64,000 nucleotides of DNA, taken from NCBI GenBank assembly GCA_002633005.1, contig NMRA01000109.1, forward strand, positions 408,624 through 472,623. Reading direction: 5' to 3'. Below, in pieces: positions 14,523 to 28,211 of the stretch (its first letter is position 1; the number at the start of each line of letters is the position of its first letter). The position numbers and the translations under genes are program-made. Below the pieces are notes generated by a model that saw only the letters and a list, made by a program, of their open reading frames with translations, was not told the DNA's origin and made no database searches. The DNA comes from Phoronis australis. Taxonomy: Eukaryota; Animalia; Phoronida.

Positions 14523-15748
14523 GTGAGTATTTAAAATACGTATGAACCGGCCTGCCATGGAGCCAGGTTGATTGAATTTATTCTCCAGAAATCACCGGTG
14601 TATGACTGATCGATCAACTTTGGAATGCACGATTGCTTGTAACCATTGCCATCTGCAGAAATAGAGCCAGGAAACTTAACTGTCAATCCAAGACAGCCCC
14701 AAAAGATCGACACTAGGGTCACCGACTCAGATCTGCAACAAATTGTATGTTCAAAATGCTTCTCTGAAATTGTTGGGTCATTGTTTTTAAGTTAAGGCAA
14801 GGCATAAATATTTTGGCCCAAAACGCTCCTTTTTGGTTAAAGAGGTTTCGTAATTTTAGAACAGGTTAATAGAATGAAAAAGAAATAATATTGAGAATGT
14901 TCATTGAGACATTGAACCTACACTGTATCTATAAGCCGACAGTCTTGGAATGTCGGAGCCCATTGCTCAGATTAATCTAATGAAATTTGTATTTCACGCC
15001 ACTGCTCTCAGGGAAAAGCTGCTCAGCGTTATCCTGTAAATTTTATGTAACATGTGGGCCAAAGCCTTAAATGTTTATATACATGAATTTGAATTTGAAC
15101 AGTCTTGGAGTTTTCAAAAAGGTTTTTGTTCACCTTCTATGGAGTACCAAAACTCCGTAAAATTTCCCTTGTTTTGGGTCTTTGATTTTTAGCCAAGTTT
15201 GAGGTGCTCTTGGGACCAGTTTGCGGGGTGCTGGTGATTTCCAATTATATTTTTCATCAGTTTGCTGCCTGAACAGCAGATAGGAAAAACATACCATCGT
15301 GTATTTCCCGGTACCTTACTAAGGACAGTGTGAAGCTGTATCCATAAACCTCATAAAGGGGCTTCAAACATTTTTCCGACTACTTTTTGTGGTAATCAAG
15401 TCAGTCAACGTCAATTTTTCGACTACTGCTGCCCCCCTAGTTTTCAGAGGTGAAGTTTCATGAAATTTGACCAAAACGTTTCCATCGAAAAAACGATGGC
15501 ACATGCATGTTTCAGAAAGTCGTTTCAATATTAATCTAATCATGTTACGATATTTTGTTTTCTGTCTACCATGAGGATGACTTTTCATTAATATCGAGAC
15601 CTCGTTTATATGCTGCACTCTATCGACGTTTTTTTATTCCACGGCTTACTTGTAATTTAGCAAAACTTATTCTTACATGAGTATAACCTGTGCTGCCACA
15701 CCAACGACAGTTTTGTAGCCTTTTGGAAACCGTTCATGAATCTAACCT

Positions 15749-16694
15749 TAGGCAATGACCATCGCCTCTGTTGGCCCTACCAGAGGCGATGCAGCTCCTA
15801 TAGGCGCTCCATACGCCGGAAGCTTTTCGGCGAATTATGCCTCGCACCGACTAAAACATCAAAGTCACGTTGTTATAAATACCTTTTGCGCATAGAGGAA
15901 CACCTTAGACGGTTGTCGATGTGTTTAACTCTTTCCAACTCGAACAAATACTCCCGTTATCAAACTTTTTCTTCGAGCAGTCCCTATTTCAGTTCCCAAA
16001 ATCGTGAACTCACCATTTTCACTCGGCGCACGCCTAGAGATTTGACCTCATTTTTTAATCAGGCCGAAGGTCAGAAGTTGCGGTCCTACCGGCGAACTTT
16101 GAAAGCTGAAGTCCCCGCCCTCTGCGTACATGATGCCGGGAAACAGCCGTGCATTTGCCGTGTTGTTAAACATTAAAATGTCAAATATTTGCACAAAGAC
16201 TATTAAATGTCATTTCAACAGCATTTATTTTTGTCAAATACAAACAACAATTCATTGAAATACAATCAGTTTCAAGTAACGCCAATCAAAGACAAGTAGT
16301 GGTGGCATTTTGGAAACGAACATTTGACTGACAAGACCGCAATGGCTCACCTTTGGCCTATTTAAAGATTGAGGTCATGAAGTCACATCACCTAGCGAGC
16401 GCGGTAAAAACTGGAGCATGCGCAGTATAAAAATGGTGAGTTCACGATTTTAGGAACTGAAACAGGGACTGCTCGAAGTTTGATAACGGGTGTATTTGTT
16501 TGAGTTGGAAGGAATTAAACACATTGGCAACCTCCTAAGGTGTTTCTCTATGCGCAAAAGGTATTTATAACAACGTGACCTTGATGTTTTAGTCGGTGCG
16601 AGGCATAATTCGCCGAAAAGCTTCCGGCGTATGGAGCGCCTATAGGAGCTGCATCGCCTCTGGTCGGGCCAACAGAGGCGATGGTCATTGCCTA
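15749..16694. mobile_element. Non-autonomous MULE-like (foldback) element with about 280-bp TIRs and a 9-bp TSD
   Basis: TAGGCAATGACCATCGCCTCT...AGAGGCGATGGTCATTGCCTA, flanked by ATCTAACCT at 15740-15748 and 16695-16703; diverged relative near 56360-56560. Confidence 0.85.
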
Positions 16695-17819
16695 ATCTAA
16701 CCTGTGCCCCTCTCCGTCGGCAGCAAACTGGTGTCCTAATAACGTACACCTTATTATCTGAGCCTTGTTATTTTTACAAGATGCTAACCGTTGAAGCTAC
16801 TCCACTCCACAGGCGCTCCAATTTCCCGATGACTCATAACCATATAGAAGAAACATAAAGGTTGATGGACACTAAAACTTTTCCAAGCCGAGGCTCCCAA
16901 ATTTAACTGTCCAAAATCCAAATAAAATCTGCGTGCACCTCCCTCAGTATGGTATTGCATAAACCTGCGAAGCCTTATCTTTCCTAGATCCTATTAACTG
17001 TCCTCGTGAGTGGTGAATTGGCAATGGAATTTCCAAAACAATCTCAAAACTCGGAATTCAAGGACCTAAAATATTAAACATGGCTGATTTCAGTTGTGCT
17101 TCAACTTGTACACCTGTAGTAGGCGGAAATTCGAGTTGACCAAGCAACTTATATTTCAAATTCAATAATTCTAATCCAAAACTCAACTAATCGAGAATGT
17201 TAAAGTTAGTATTTTAATGATTATTAGTAACTTTATTCCACCGACAGCTCATTTTAGCCCTTAACTTAGAATTTTATTGCATAAACTGGCGTATCGTGTT
17301 TCTCATCTTGACATCACGCACTTTTTGATTGAAGCACAACACACATTCGGCCAGGAAACGCAGTCCGTGTAAGTATTATTATTAACTCAATGGTTTTGGC
17401 CAAAAGTAAAACCTTCATAAGAAATCACAATACACAAAAAAACTTCGCATATCAATACAGTATCAGGATAATTTATATTTGACACAAATATCTCTGATTA
17501 GTTACATTTATTAGGCAATGATATTTTTAAAGTGCTCTCTGCTTCTCATGATCAAGTAGTCGAGGGATTGACGGCGCGCGAAAATAGACTTTCGGATTTA
17601 GCTCGGGGGTGTCCGCCAAAAACCCACCGTCTGCCATGACATCACGGAATAAGGTCCTTGAATTTGTGATTTTGGCATTCTTTTGGCATTTTTGTCGTCA
17701 AATCGCCACTTGAAAGCAATTATATGTTTCCTTAAACCGTTTTAAAACCAAGTTTCAAACACTTTCGTTTAAAATTGTAGAATACGCAATATTGCCTCAT
17801 TTTTAGGGATAGTTTTAAA

Positions 17820-17970
17820 ACCCCTTCGACCGCCTCGACCCCCATGACCCTCTACCTCTTCGACACACAACCCTCTCGATCAACAACCCCCACTACTCCG
17901 GACCTCACGACCCACGACACCAAACCCCTTCTTCCCAGTCTACACAAGCTCGACTCGATCTGAACATACA
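17820..17970 (+). repeat. CGACCC-rich repeat; inverted copy at about 29520-29630
   Basis: cccagtctacacaagctcgactcgatctgaacata versus tatgttcagatcgattcgagcttgtgtaaagattggg. Confidence 0.7.
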
Positions 17971-18472
17971 ACAAGTCAAGCGCTGACTTGCAGGACTAAT
18001 GAGTTGGGCGCGCCGTGAGGTCGACTGACTTTTCCCATTTTCTTTCGACAGCAATTGTTTGGTCTAAGAGTTGGCTCCCCATCTCTTATAAATTCAAGGC
18101 TGTATGTTGTAAATTAACTTCTGATGAATATGAGCTGTGTGAACAGTGCAAATTAATATACGTGTCTCCAAGTACCGAATTAAAGCGGACTAAGACGTTT
18201 ATTAATGATTCAGCATTTTCCACGATTGTCTGGCAAGAATTATTGATATTAAATGTTTTGCCTCTAATGATTTCCCTTTCTGAAATAAGAAAGACCCCAT
18301 GTCGGGTTTCTTTCAGGTTCTTATTACAAGTCACATGTCGTTGTCATTACTGAACAATGTATGCCGTGGTCAATATGATAAATAAAAACTACATGTACAT
18401 GTACAACTTAGGCGCATGTAACATTAAAAATTCCGTAACACAGCAAATTATTTTGTAATCTTTGTTTTACAG

Positions 18473-18493
18473 TTCTACAAGTGGGCAACAATT
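18473..18493 (+). CDS. Micro-exon, 21 nt, phase 1-1 (x-LQVGNN-x)
   Basis: taatctttgttttacag|TTCTACAAGTGGGCAACAATT|gtgagttt. Confidence 0.75.
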
Positions 18494-18676
18494 GTGAGTT
18501 ATTATTGTACATTGCTGACTGATCATCTGCTTATCCCTTTTAGTCCAATATTCATTTACAGAAATGAATGGAATAGTTATTTAAGAATAATTACCATATC
18601 TTAATGCATGCACATTTCAATCATGTGAGATAAAATTTGAAACGTGTCTCTAAATTAACATATAGACGTCTTACAG

Positions 18677-18691
18677 ATTATGATAAACATG
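18677..18691 (+). CDS. Micro-exon, type D, 15 nt, phase 1-1 (x-YDKH-x)
   Basis: acgtcttacag|ATTATGATAAACATG|gtaagcattt; flanks resemble those of 59382 (acgtcatacag ... gtaagcattt). Confidence 0.6.
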
Positions 18692-18820
18692 GTAAGCATT
18701 TATTGCCTGATAAAATGAAACTTGTGAGTAAGCTTAGCTTCTATGTTATGCTTTCGTTTGGTTTTTAGTTGTTTGGTTGTTTGCTCTTTACTTGTCGCTT
18801 TTCTCATCCAATCAACATAA

Positions 18821-18922
18821 AATAATACACGTGTTCTGCCATTTTCCTTATTAGTTAACCATCCTGTGAGAAAATAATACACGTGTTCTGCCATTTTCCT
18901 TATTAGTTAACCATCCTGTGAG
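18821..18922. repeat. Tandem duplication with a 52-bp period
   Basis: aataatacacgtgttctgccattttccttattagttaaccatcctgtgaga occurs twice. Confidence 0.9.
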
Positions 18923-19405
18923 ACAAGTTGGCTTAATAGGTTTCCGGGAACTTCCCTACATGCAAGTATGATCGATTGATCAATGTTTGAATCCAAAATT
19001 GGTTTTAACTGAGGACAATTACTCTGGAAATATTTATTTTGGTTACATAATAAAAATTGTGCTTGGCCCTTTGCGACCAAAGTATCGAAACCAGTACTTC
19101 GTGAATTCTATCCACTCAGACCAATTACTAAAGAGACAAACCATAAACAATACATGCAGGTGGCCGCGGTATCCCTAATCATACTAATGTCCACCTTTCG
19201 AAATAGCCGCACCAGATTGAAAGTCATAATGCCGCCAGAAGGCAATCAGGTTTGGGTGGAGAAACATTAAGTGGCTCGTACAGATACTATGTAATGCAGA
19301 CGGTAGGTTTTAACCTACTGTTAAAATTTCCTGCTACCATAATATCGGCAAGTTTGCACTGATGTACCGATAGCTTGTAGAAAAGTAGAAACTCTTCAAA
19401 TATCC

Positions 19406-20939
19406 GTGGATGAAAGATATCATGCCCCATACATTTGTCTTAGACTAGGTTATATCCCTAAGACTTGGACTGAAGCTAGGGTAGTCTTCATTCCTAAACC
19501 AGGGAAGAACTCATACCTTTTGGCTGAATCATTTAGGCCTATAACCTTAACATCCTTTCTTCTCAAAGGACTGGAAAGGCTCATTCTGTGGCATCTTGAT
19601 AAAGAAGGAATACAGAACAAACTTCAGAACAATCAGTATGCTTATAGGCCTGGCTTCTCTACGGAGACCGCTCTACATCATCTGGTTGCTAGACTGGAAA
19701 GGGCTGTTTTTAATAAACAATTTGCCCTCTGTGCCTTCATTGATCTTGTTGGTGCTTTCAGCAATATTAAGCATGATGCNNNNNNNNNNNNNNNNNNNNN
19801 NNNNNNNNNNNNNNNNNNNNNNNNNNNNNNNNNNNNNNNNNNNNNNNNNNNNNNNNNNNNNNNNNNNNNNNNNNNNNNNNNNNNNNNNNNNNNNNNNNNN
19901 NNNNNNNNNNNNNNNNNNNNNNNNNNNNNNNNNNNNNNNNNNNNNNNNNNNNNNNNNNNNNNNNNNNNNNNNNNNNNNNNNNNNNNNNNNNNNNNNNNNN
20001 NNNNNNNNNNNNNNNNNNNNNNNNNNNNNNNNNNNNNNNNNNNNNNNNNNNNNNNNNNNNNNNNNNNNNNNNNNNNNNNNNNNNNNNNNNNNNNNNNNNN
20101 NNNNNNNNNNNNNNNNNNNNNNNNNNNNNNNNNNNNNNNNNNNNNNNNNNNNNNNNNNNNNNNNNNNNNNNNNNNNNNNNNNNNNNNNNNNNNNNNNNNN
20201 NNNNNNNNNNNNNNNNNNNNNNNNNNNNNNNNNNNNNNNNNNNNNNNNNNNNNNNNNNNNNNNNNNNNNNNNNNNNNNNNNNNNNNNNNNNNNNNNNNNN
20301 NNNNNNNNNNNNNNNNNNNNNNNNNNNNNNNNNNNNNNNNNNNNNNNNNNNNNNNNNNNNNNNNNNNNNNNNNNNNNNNNNNNNNNNNNNNNNNNNNNNN
20401 NNNNNNNNNNNNNNNNNNNNNNNNNNNNNNNNNNNNNNNNNNNNNNNNNNNNNNNNNNNNNNNNNNNNNNNNNNNNNNNNNNNNNNNNNNNNNNNNNNNN
20501 NNNNNNNNNNNNNNNNNNNNNNNNNNNNNNNNNNNNNNNNNNNNNNNNNNNNNNNNNNNNNNNNNNNNNNNNNNNNNNNNNNNNNNNNNNNNNNNNNNNN
20601 NNNNNNNNNNNNNNNNNNNNNNNNNNNNNNNNNNNNNNNNNNNNNNNNNNNNNNNNNNNNNNNNNNNNNNNNNNNNNNNNNNNNNNNNNNNNNNNNNNNN
20701 NNNNNNNNNNNNNNNNNNNNNNNNNNNNNNNNNNNGTGTGTCCCGAGTGTGGTACTGACGTAGAATCTCCTAAACACCTGGTAGAGTCTTGCCCAGCTTT
20801 TTATAGGCTAAGGAGCAACCTACTGGATGGCATTGTTACATGCCTACAACATATAGTGCATGGCAACAAATGGAAACGTCTGTCCGTTTTCCTAAAGGAG
20901 ACTGGCAGACTTGAAAACTTTCTTCACGAGGAGCCATAA
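19406..20939 (+). mobile_element. 5'-truncated non-LTR retrotransposon ORF2 (RT N-terminus and C-terminal CCHC), LOA/R1-like; middle lies in the assembly gap
   Basis: YIPKTWTEARVVFIPKPGK...FRPITLTSFLLKGLERLI...QYAYRPGFSTETAL...AFIDLVGAF before the gap; CPECGTDVESPKHLVESC after it. Confidence 0.9.
19780..20735. other. Assembly gap (run of N)
   Basis: Continuous n bases. Confidence 1.
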
Positions 20940-21168
20940 TTGGGGTCTCGTGCCTTTGCTCAGGTGTTTTGTGCAATGGGCCCAACCATGAGGCCTGCGC
21001 ACGTCTGATGCACCGCAAATGACATCAGACCACCTGCACTGTTTTTTTTATACATTTGCCACTGCGAAGAAGAACCCGTGACAGCACAGTCAATAGCTGT
21101 GACTGATACAACGGATGAAATTCGATACCAGACGATCTTAAATAGCTTTTATGTTATAGTGATCTTAA

Positions 21169-22833
21169 AGGAGAATGCCACCCAAAAACAACCTAGTTTG
21201 TATCAATTTAGATCGAGTAGTTCTACTCGACAACGGCACGTTCGGTTGCGCTACTTGACACCTGACGGGAGATGGAGGTGTTGAAATTATCCAATGATGT
21301 AGTTGGTTTCACACGGAGTCTGTTCAGCAGTTCACAACATGGGTTACGGGTGTCAGCTTATAGCTTGAATTCATCGGTTAACACCAATGAATCATCAAAA
21401 TTCGGTGAAAAACCCTTGAAAATACACCGAGCTCTTATAAAAACGTGTTGTTTTATTTCGCTGTTACGGATTTATTGGTATTTGGACACACCGTAACCTA
21501 CAAAGTTCGGCAGGCCAATTTACCAAGGTCCGTAGCACTGAGGAGTTTGGGGTCTGTTCGGAGATAAATTCGAGTTATTCTTCCGTGAAATACAGACAGG
21601 AGAATCTAGATCTGTGTCGTTCTACTTGTGATTTTTTGAGTTCTCAGTAAACGCACAAAATGCTTGTTATACCAGCCAGTGGCTCGGAACCCCATCAGGC
21701 CCGGCGTCGCAACCGCCGGGAGTGGCACGAACATCAACCAGCTTGAGTTGGAAACTAAACCTCCACTCACGAAAAGACTATGATAGTGAGCCAAAGAAAT
21801 AATTGTGCATGTAATTATTTATTTGAATTGGCCACGATACTGAAAATCTACTTACTAATTGTCGGGGGTCGCAATGTCGGTATCCCCTTCCACAGACCGT
21901 CAGGGCAAAGATTGTACAGTAACAATGATTTGAATGACGTATTTGTATTTCTAAATAAAGATTCCCCTAACTTGTGACCATAGCATATAAAATCGAGTTA
22001 TTGTTTCACAATAGCTTTCTGTCGGCAAACACTGAATTAGCATGCCTGCACTCACACGGCCTCGGTGCCCGGTCAATTACCTTTGTTGCCGGCATCAAAA
22101 GCCGGTGACGCAGTGGTTTATTCATTGCTGGCTTCTCAAAACATTTGCACTCACGAGCACTTCGGCATTACAAATTGTATCTAATGAGACAGACTTTGTT
22201 TCAATTTCATATAAGCATTGGTTAGGATGAGAATAATTCATTTTAAAAAACGCAGAATAATGAACGTCTACATGGCAACTTGCCCCGCGCCAATCCCGAC
22301 TTTGTCAAGAGCTCAAGCGACGAAGACTTCACGTTAGGTTTCACAGGCTATCAGTTCGAACCGGAATACACTGATCAAGAAATACTAGAGAGGCGCCGTG
22401 AACATGCACAGGCAACGGAACGTATGGATAGTTCTTTGGTAAGCCGGAATTCGCAAGAGAAATCACTGTCGACGAAATGCCGGCCAAAGACACGGAGATG
22501 TTTCACGGCCTCATATTTGCTATTAACAGTGTACTTTTCATTGTTCACTACCGCGAGCCACTTCCTAAGCATTTTTCGGGCTCTCGAGGAAGTCGAAAAA
22601 ACAATATACCCGCTTTCTTCGCAGCTTCGTAGTTCGGACAAGCGGGAACGATGCACCGCAACATAGCGGCATTCACTCTGCAGACGAACCACTGACGTCG
22701 CTGCGTCGTTTCTCACCTTCCTCACAGGTTAACGCGACACCTCGGCAGGGTGAGGTTGACCGTATAAGAGGAAATGTGGATATAAACCGATTAAGGCGGT
22801 AAAAAAGACTAATTAAATCGGCCGGCATTCTCT
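21169..22833 (+). mobile_element. Kolobok-like non-autonomous DNA transposon
   Basis: TTAA|AGGAGAATGCC ... GGCATTCTCT|TTAA; internal relic peptide GFTGYQFEPEYTDQEI. Confidence 0.7.
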
Positions 22834-22922
22834 TTAACTAAATTTTACAATGTTAGGGATTGCCATTTTGACTGTTCTTTTTTAGATGTGTTAACCTATA
22901 GGAAAAGGATTAATGTGTTTAA

Positions 22923-25900
22923 AGAAGAATGCCACCAAAAAAAAAACTATTTTGTATCAATTTAGATCCAGTAGTTCCAATCGATAACCGCAACTTCGGT
23001 TCTTTTACCTGATACCTGACGTTGAAATTAACCAATGACGTCATAGGTTCGATTGCAGTCTGTTAAGCAGTTCACAACATGCTTACTGGTGTCAGCTTAT
23101 CGCTTGAGTTTATGAATGTAAACCGTTACAAATGCATCGAAATCTTGACCAAACCTGCTGTTTTATTTCGCTGTTTTGGATTTATAGGTATTTGAACGTA
23201 CCGTAGCCTACAAAGTTCGGTAGGCCAAGTTACCCAGGTCGGTCACGGCCGAGGTCTGTTCGGTGATAAATTCGAATTATTATTCTGTGAAATACAAACA
23301 GGAGAACATGTGTGCTGTAATTTTAGACTTGCATTTAATTCAGTTATAAAAGCTCAAAACGCTTGTTATCCCGGCCAGTGGCTCGGAACCCAATAGACCC
23401 TTCCCGGCCAGACTGAAGAAGTCACAAACGTAAAAGAAATTTGGAAACTAAACTTCCAGCCACTGAAAGACTATACTATTAGACCAAAGAAATAATGTGC
23501 ACGTAATTATTTTGGTAAATTAGACTCGAAACTGAAAATGTACTTACTTATCAGAGGCCGCTACGTCAGAATTCCCTTCCATACCCGGCCGTCAGAGCAA
23601 AAGTTGTACAATAACAATGATTCGATTAATGTACTATATCTAAGTAAAGAATCCTCTTACATCTGGCTATAGCAAATAAAATAGTGATATTGTTTCATTT
23701 CTGGCTTCTTAAAGTCCTTCTCTCAAACTGCCCATGTGGTTCCAGTATCCGAAAATACTTACTACATAAAATCTTATTTTCGACACCCTTTCTTTATATT
23801 CTTTTCGCCTTTCTTGCCAAAAGCTATTTTTGAACAGTATTTGATCCTTCTCTCTGAGCGTATGATTACCGGTTGTCATCGGTTATTTCCGTACCAACAT
23901 TTCCGGCTCATCAGTTCAGGAACTTGTCCTGAAAGCCGCCATTTTTTCCTTGTAACTGAATGTGCTATCGCTTGTTCGAAAAGTCTTCATTATTTTGTTT
24001 TGTTAGAAACATTTCGTGATTCGTTTGCATATGTAGTGTATTTATACTTTGTAGTTAGTGGTCGTTGATTTTTTGGAATGTTACGCGTACTTAGTATGTT
24101 AAAATGGCATTGGTGTTTAGTTCCTTACGTAGGCCGGTCGCACCTAGGAACCAATATGGGTCGATCAAATTTTTTTCAGTTTTATTTTTTCTCGTTTTGA
24201 AAAAGTACTTTGCTATCATCGGAAAGGTAGTGCATTCTACTCAGTAAAAATCAAAAAAGTATCAAAATCGGGGCAAGCAGTGTAAAGTTATTGTGGCGAA
24301 ATTTGGGTCACTTTGTTTGGATCGCGTCGGCCATATTGGAGGACAGCGGGATAAGTTACGAGTTTAAAACATTGTGTAAATTGATTTTTCGCCAACAAAT
24401 TACGGTGAAATGTAGTTAGACATATCTTTACTTACTATTCTGCACGATTTAACAGTGTTCACCAAATTTCAGCCTCGCAGTTGTTACTCATTAAGTGATA
24501 AATGTGCTCACAATTCCCGTTGGACTTCGTCTCATTTCTGGCGGCACCGACAACATGGCGGCTTTTACTGAACTGAAAGGCATGTTCAATCGGCTACTTT
24601 GTAATTTGTGAAGATTTAACGTTGATACATTTTGACAAATGTTGCTACAAAAAAGAAATTTTGTTCAATTTTCGTGTTTTTTGTGCAAAAATATAAGATG
24701 TATTCGAATTATTTTACTGTAAATTTCCCATTCAGGTGATCTTACACTAAGCTAAAAAACACTTGAAATAATTTTGAAATAGTTTTTTGTTGGACTGTCA
24801 ACTGCTGTTCAAGACTTGACTCGGTGTCACAAAATGATTCATATTTTTCTAAATTTTAAGTCTCAATTGCTTTCAAGTCATGTTTTGTAACTTATTGCTT
24901 CTTAATTCAGGTTATCAAGTCAACAATATGAATAATCTTGATTTGAGAAATAAGCTATGTTGGATTGTGAAGCTTCAAGCCTCTAATTCTTGTTCCTTGC
25001 AACTTCATATTTTTTTAAATGATGCTTGTCAAATTCTGGTGTAAGGAAACACTATTCCGTCACCATGGTAATAGTTACATGTATGTCCACTTTCATATCA
25101 TGGAAACTGTTGCTGTTGAATAGTGTTTGTAATGCTAAATGTNAGAGTCTGCAATTCATAGCTCTGAACATACCCACTGAATCTTATAGTAAAGATAGAC
25201 ATTCCCAAAAATTCCCCCCCCCCCCATTCTTTTAGGCTTGTTGCGCTCATACAAAGTCTGGGAAAATCTCTATTGAAAGCCAACAACTGTGCACAGTTCG
25301 CCAGAAGCACCCAAGTTCTAAATAAACCTCGTTTGAGCGAGCGCTGTGGCCAGCGACCAGTTAGGGCCTAAGGGTAACCTTTGCGCAAAGCTGTATAGGC
25401 ATACTAGCAAGCTGTATTTTGACGATAGTCTTCACTGGTAGCTGGTGACTGAGGCTAACTAAGGTCTGCCGCGGCAGTGTGACACAGGACTAATCAGCCC
25501 GTAAATTGTCTGAAACTACACTTGAATATATGCAGCATTTATGATTTGATCATTTTACTTCGACAAAACAGCTTGCAACCGCATGCATTTACCGTTCACC
25601 AGTGTCTGGTCTCGATCCGCACCGTGTCCGATAGGCTGCGGTCCCGAGTCTGGCAAAATAATTTCTGTCAAAATTTATTCGCCACATTTCTTCAGCAAAT
25701 TCCATAAAATTGTCCGTAGTTTGATTTTATTAAAATTAAGGCGCGCTTATCCTCGTTTGCTGGCTGGTAACAGTACAGGCACTGCTCCAGTCGCACTGAC
25801 GGCGTTTTCTCGGCATGGGTTCCTGAATGAATTGTACTTCCGGGTTCGCGGCAACTTCAAAATGGCGGTGGTTCTTCGGGTGCGAATCGTGAGTGGCGCG

Positions 25901-26655
25901 TTCATTTAAACTTTTTTCGAGTACGGATCGTGTATTAGTTATGGGGTAGGTACTTCTTGGATCCTTATAATATCCTCTAACCATGTAATAAGGGTTAACA
26001 ACGCGTGAGAGAAGGACTTTAAAACATTTGCACCCATGAACACTCCAAAGGCATTACAAATTTTATCAAATGAGCCAGACTCATATTGTTTCAGTTTTAT
26101 ATATAAAAGTATTGTCGGTTAGGGTAAGAATAATACATTTTGAAACAGAAGGCACATTAATTAATGCCAACATGGCAACTTGGAATTTTGACTTACACGA
26201 GTATTCACTGGCATCCGACGAAGACTACACAGGTGGATCGTTAGGTTTCACATGCTATTAGTTCGAACCTCAATAAACTTAATACGCTGATACAGTAGAG
26301 TTCCAAAAACCGTTTGAACGACTTGCCATGATGTCCGTGCGTTAATTGCATGACAATGGGAAACGGTTTTGACGCTTACGTTTGCTGCCACGAAATTCGG
26401 CAATTGAGACACATTTTTGTTGACAAAATGTCTGCCACATACACGGAACGAAGATGTTTCGCAGCTTTATATACTTGGTATTAACGATATACTTTTCATT
26501 CTTCACTGCCGCGAGCCACTTCCGAAGCAGTGGGCTCTCAAGGAAATCGGAAAAACGATATATCCGTTTTCATCGCAGGTTCATATTTCGCGGGCTAGCA
26601 GGAACGATACACTACACCATAGCAGCACTCACTCTGCAGAAGAAAAACCACTGAC
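22923..26655 (+). mobile_element. Second diverged copy of the same Kolobok-like element, split by inserts at about 23710-26030
   Basis: TTAA|AGAAGAATGCC start; 22923-23700 matches 21169-22010 and 26030-26655 matches 22140-22695. Confidence 0.7.
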
Positions 26656-27337
26656 TGGGGTCAAACTTGATATTTAGAAGTGCCTGTAATTTATTTATAC
26701 ATTTTTACCTGATTTATTTATGGCATTCTTACTCTAAATACTCTCCATATTTAGTATCATCTCTGTATTCAATTTCATGTCTCTTAGTGTAACTTCACAT
26801 GCCTTGGTCATTTACGATTCATATAAATTATCATTATTGTTTTAATTGTTGTTTTGTTACCTGTGTTTAATTATTATTTGACTACTTTATATTATTGTAT
26901 TGCACTATAATATGTGTATTTTGGTTTCGAGGTCCTCTAGGTAAGCAGCGCTGACACTGAAGAAGCAAACCTCATCTTGAATATTACAATAAACAAAATC
27001 AAATAAATTTGTACAAGTTCAGCACTTTCTGATATTTTTGCAGATGTACTGGACTGTAAATTTATCCACTGTATTATAGGTTGCGATCATGCTTTGGCCA
27101 CTTACTTGCACTGATGTTTCTTTGTGAACTTTATTGCGATTTGACTGCTTACATCATCATGGACGTGTATCAATTTACATGCATGCCAACTTTTTCAAGT
27201 GGTGCGTCTCAATCTAAAGTGACGAATGAATCCATTCCGGGTCTGATACAGATTGTTATTGCAATTCACAGATAATTGCCATGGGCTTTAGGAACATTGT
27301 ACTTCTCACTATAACAAATAGCCTTGTTACAAAGCTG

Positions 27338-28211
27338 TATACTAAATATACAGCTTTGCGCCGATGTGGGTTAAAAAGTGGTTAGTTAAAATCTGACACA
27401 AAAGTAATGTCATTAAAAACTAAAATCTTCCTTCAGTAGCTAGATTATTTAACAATGTTGGAAAAAATGGCGTTCTACCGTTATTCTGCTGCTAATGTTG
27501 TGGAGCGATCTTTAGCGACAGCTTTCGGCGCCATGAAACATTGCGTCACCTATTGGCCAGTTTCTTTTTTCGCCGATTCTTCAATCAACTGTTGTTCTTT
27601 CACAAGGTTGCGTACTCGTCATAACAAATTATTGGAAATGGTATCACTTAATTATAAGTTTTTAGAGTTTCGACACCGAAAAACCGAATTTCAGAACATT
27701 TTTGCTGCTGCGAAGTTGTCGCAAAAATGTAGGAAATGGCGCGTGCTCTTGACACGAGCGTACTGTTTTCAAAATGATATCATACTTTTCATTGTAACAA
27801 AAGAGTCTAGAATGACGCCAGAAAATGACGTTTGTTGCATTGTTTTCACTTAAACTATTTTAGCGGGCATGGCGAGTGTCGGTTGATTCCCAGATTTTGC
27901 ATGCAGCCCGTCTGGTTTTTAGCTCGGCGAGGTGACGACCAGAACTACTCAGGTTGTGTGCAATTTAGGGATCTACGGAAGAAATACACACTGTGTTACC
28001 TAGCCAGCCAGCTAGCTGTATGACGACTGTCGTCAAAATACAGTTCCACAACTTTAGCAGCAGAATAACGATAGAACGCCATTTTTTCCAACACCGTTAA
28101 ATGATTTAGTTTACTCTAGGAAGACTGTAGTTTTTAATGACACTAATTTCGTGTCAATTTTTTTCTTACCACTTTTTTACCCACGCCGGTGCAAAGCTGA
28201 ATATTTAGTGT
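27338..28211. mobile_element. MITE-like element with about 165-bp inverted arms
   Basis: 27338-27503 (ttggaaaaaatggcgttctaccgttattctgctgctaa) is the reverse complement of 28046-28211. Confidence 0.7.

Noticed and set aside
19596-20939. Long ORFs of 336-450 aa
   Set aside because: Their length comes from the N gap; only the flanking RT and CCHC segments are real
26920-27010. 9-nt exon-like motif ending in tag|gtaagc
   Set aside because: Poor acceptor (GAG), and the context with aataaa tails resembles the 3' end of a retroelement
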